Assembly: GCF_006345805.1 (NCBI RefSeq) | Contig: NC_043017.1 | Span: 124,001 to 188,000, forward strand | Length of the DNA stretch: 64,000 nt | From: Octopus sinensis | Taxonomy: Eukaryota | Direction of reading: 5' to 3' | Part shown: positions 63,831-64,000 of the stretch, piece by piece | Layout: every line of letters starts with the position of its first letter | Position numbering within the stretch: position 1 is the first letter of the stretch | Translations under genes and position numbers: made by a program | The notes under the pieces: model-generated | Database searches by the model: none | What the model was told of the DNA's origin: nothing | The model's input: the letters and a program-made list of their open reading frames with translations, nothing else

Positions 63831-64000
63831 ATGTTATAATATTATTATTATGGTTTTCTGTTAGATATATACCCTTCATTAGCCTTCATTTTCTGAAAAA
63901 ATTGTCTAGATGGGCTATTTTTATCCAAAAGCTATTAGCATGGTTTGCTCCAAAACTGAAGAATTTGAAATAAAAAAGAAAGGACATTACACAGAATAAT

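Overview
AT-rich, microsatellite-dense animal nuclear DNA. The repeat families look like those of octopus (coleoid cephalopod) genomes; this is recognition from memory and was not verified by a search. No host protein-coding gene can be called with confidence. Every convincing ORF is a transposon relic: RTE, CR1-like, Tx1/L1-like and R4/Dong-like LINE fragments; mariner, Tc1 and DD37D (maT) transposases; hAT and piggyBac-like MITEs; and three tRNA-derived SINE families. The three 1,500-1,600 aa ORFs at 38.5-43.3 kb are artefacts of a 4.5-kb purine-rich 40-bp minisatellite. The most notable signals are: (1) minimal hammerhead-ribozyme motifs in at least three unrelated repeat contexts with Penelope-like inverted architecture, including a near-intact copy at 56281-56328, a sister copy split by an RTE insertion, and a 166-bp palindrome with one motif per arm; (2) the first 24 nt of 18S rRNA fused to the 5' end of a truncated RTE copy; (3) RTE 3'UTRs built from expandable arrays of a 60-62-bp double-hairpin unit; (4) a SINE family with swappable tails, one matching the 3' end of the Tx1-like LINE in the same window. 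A few low-confidence candidate exons are noted.
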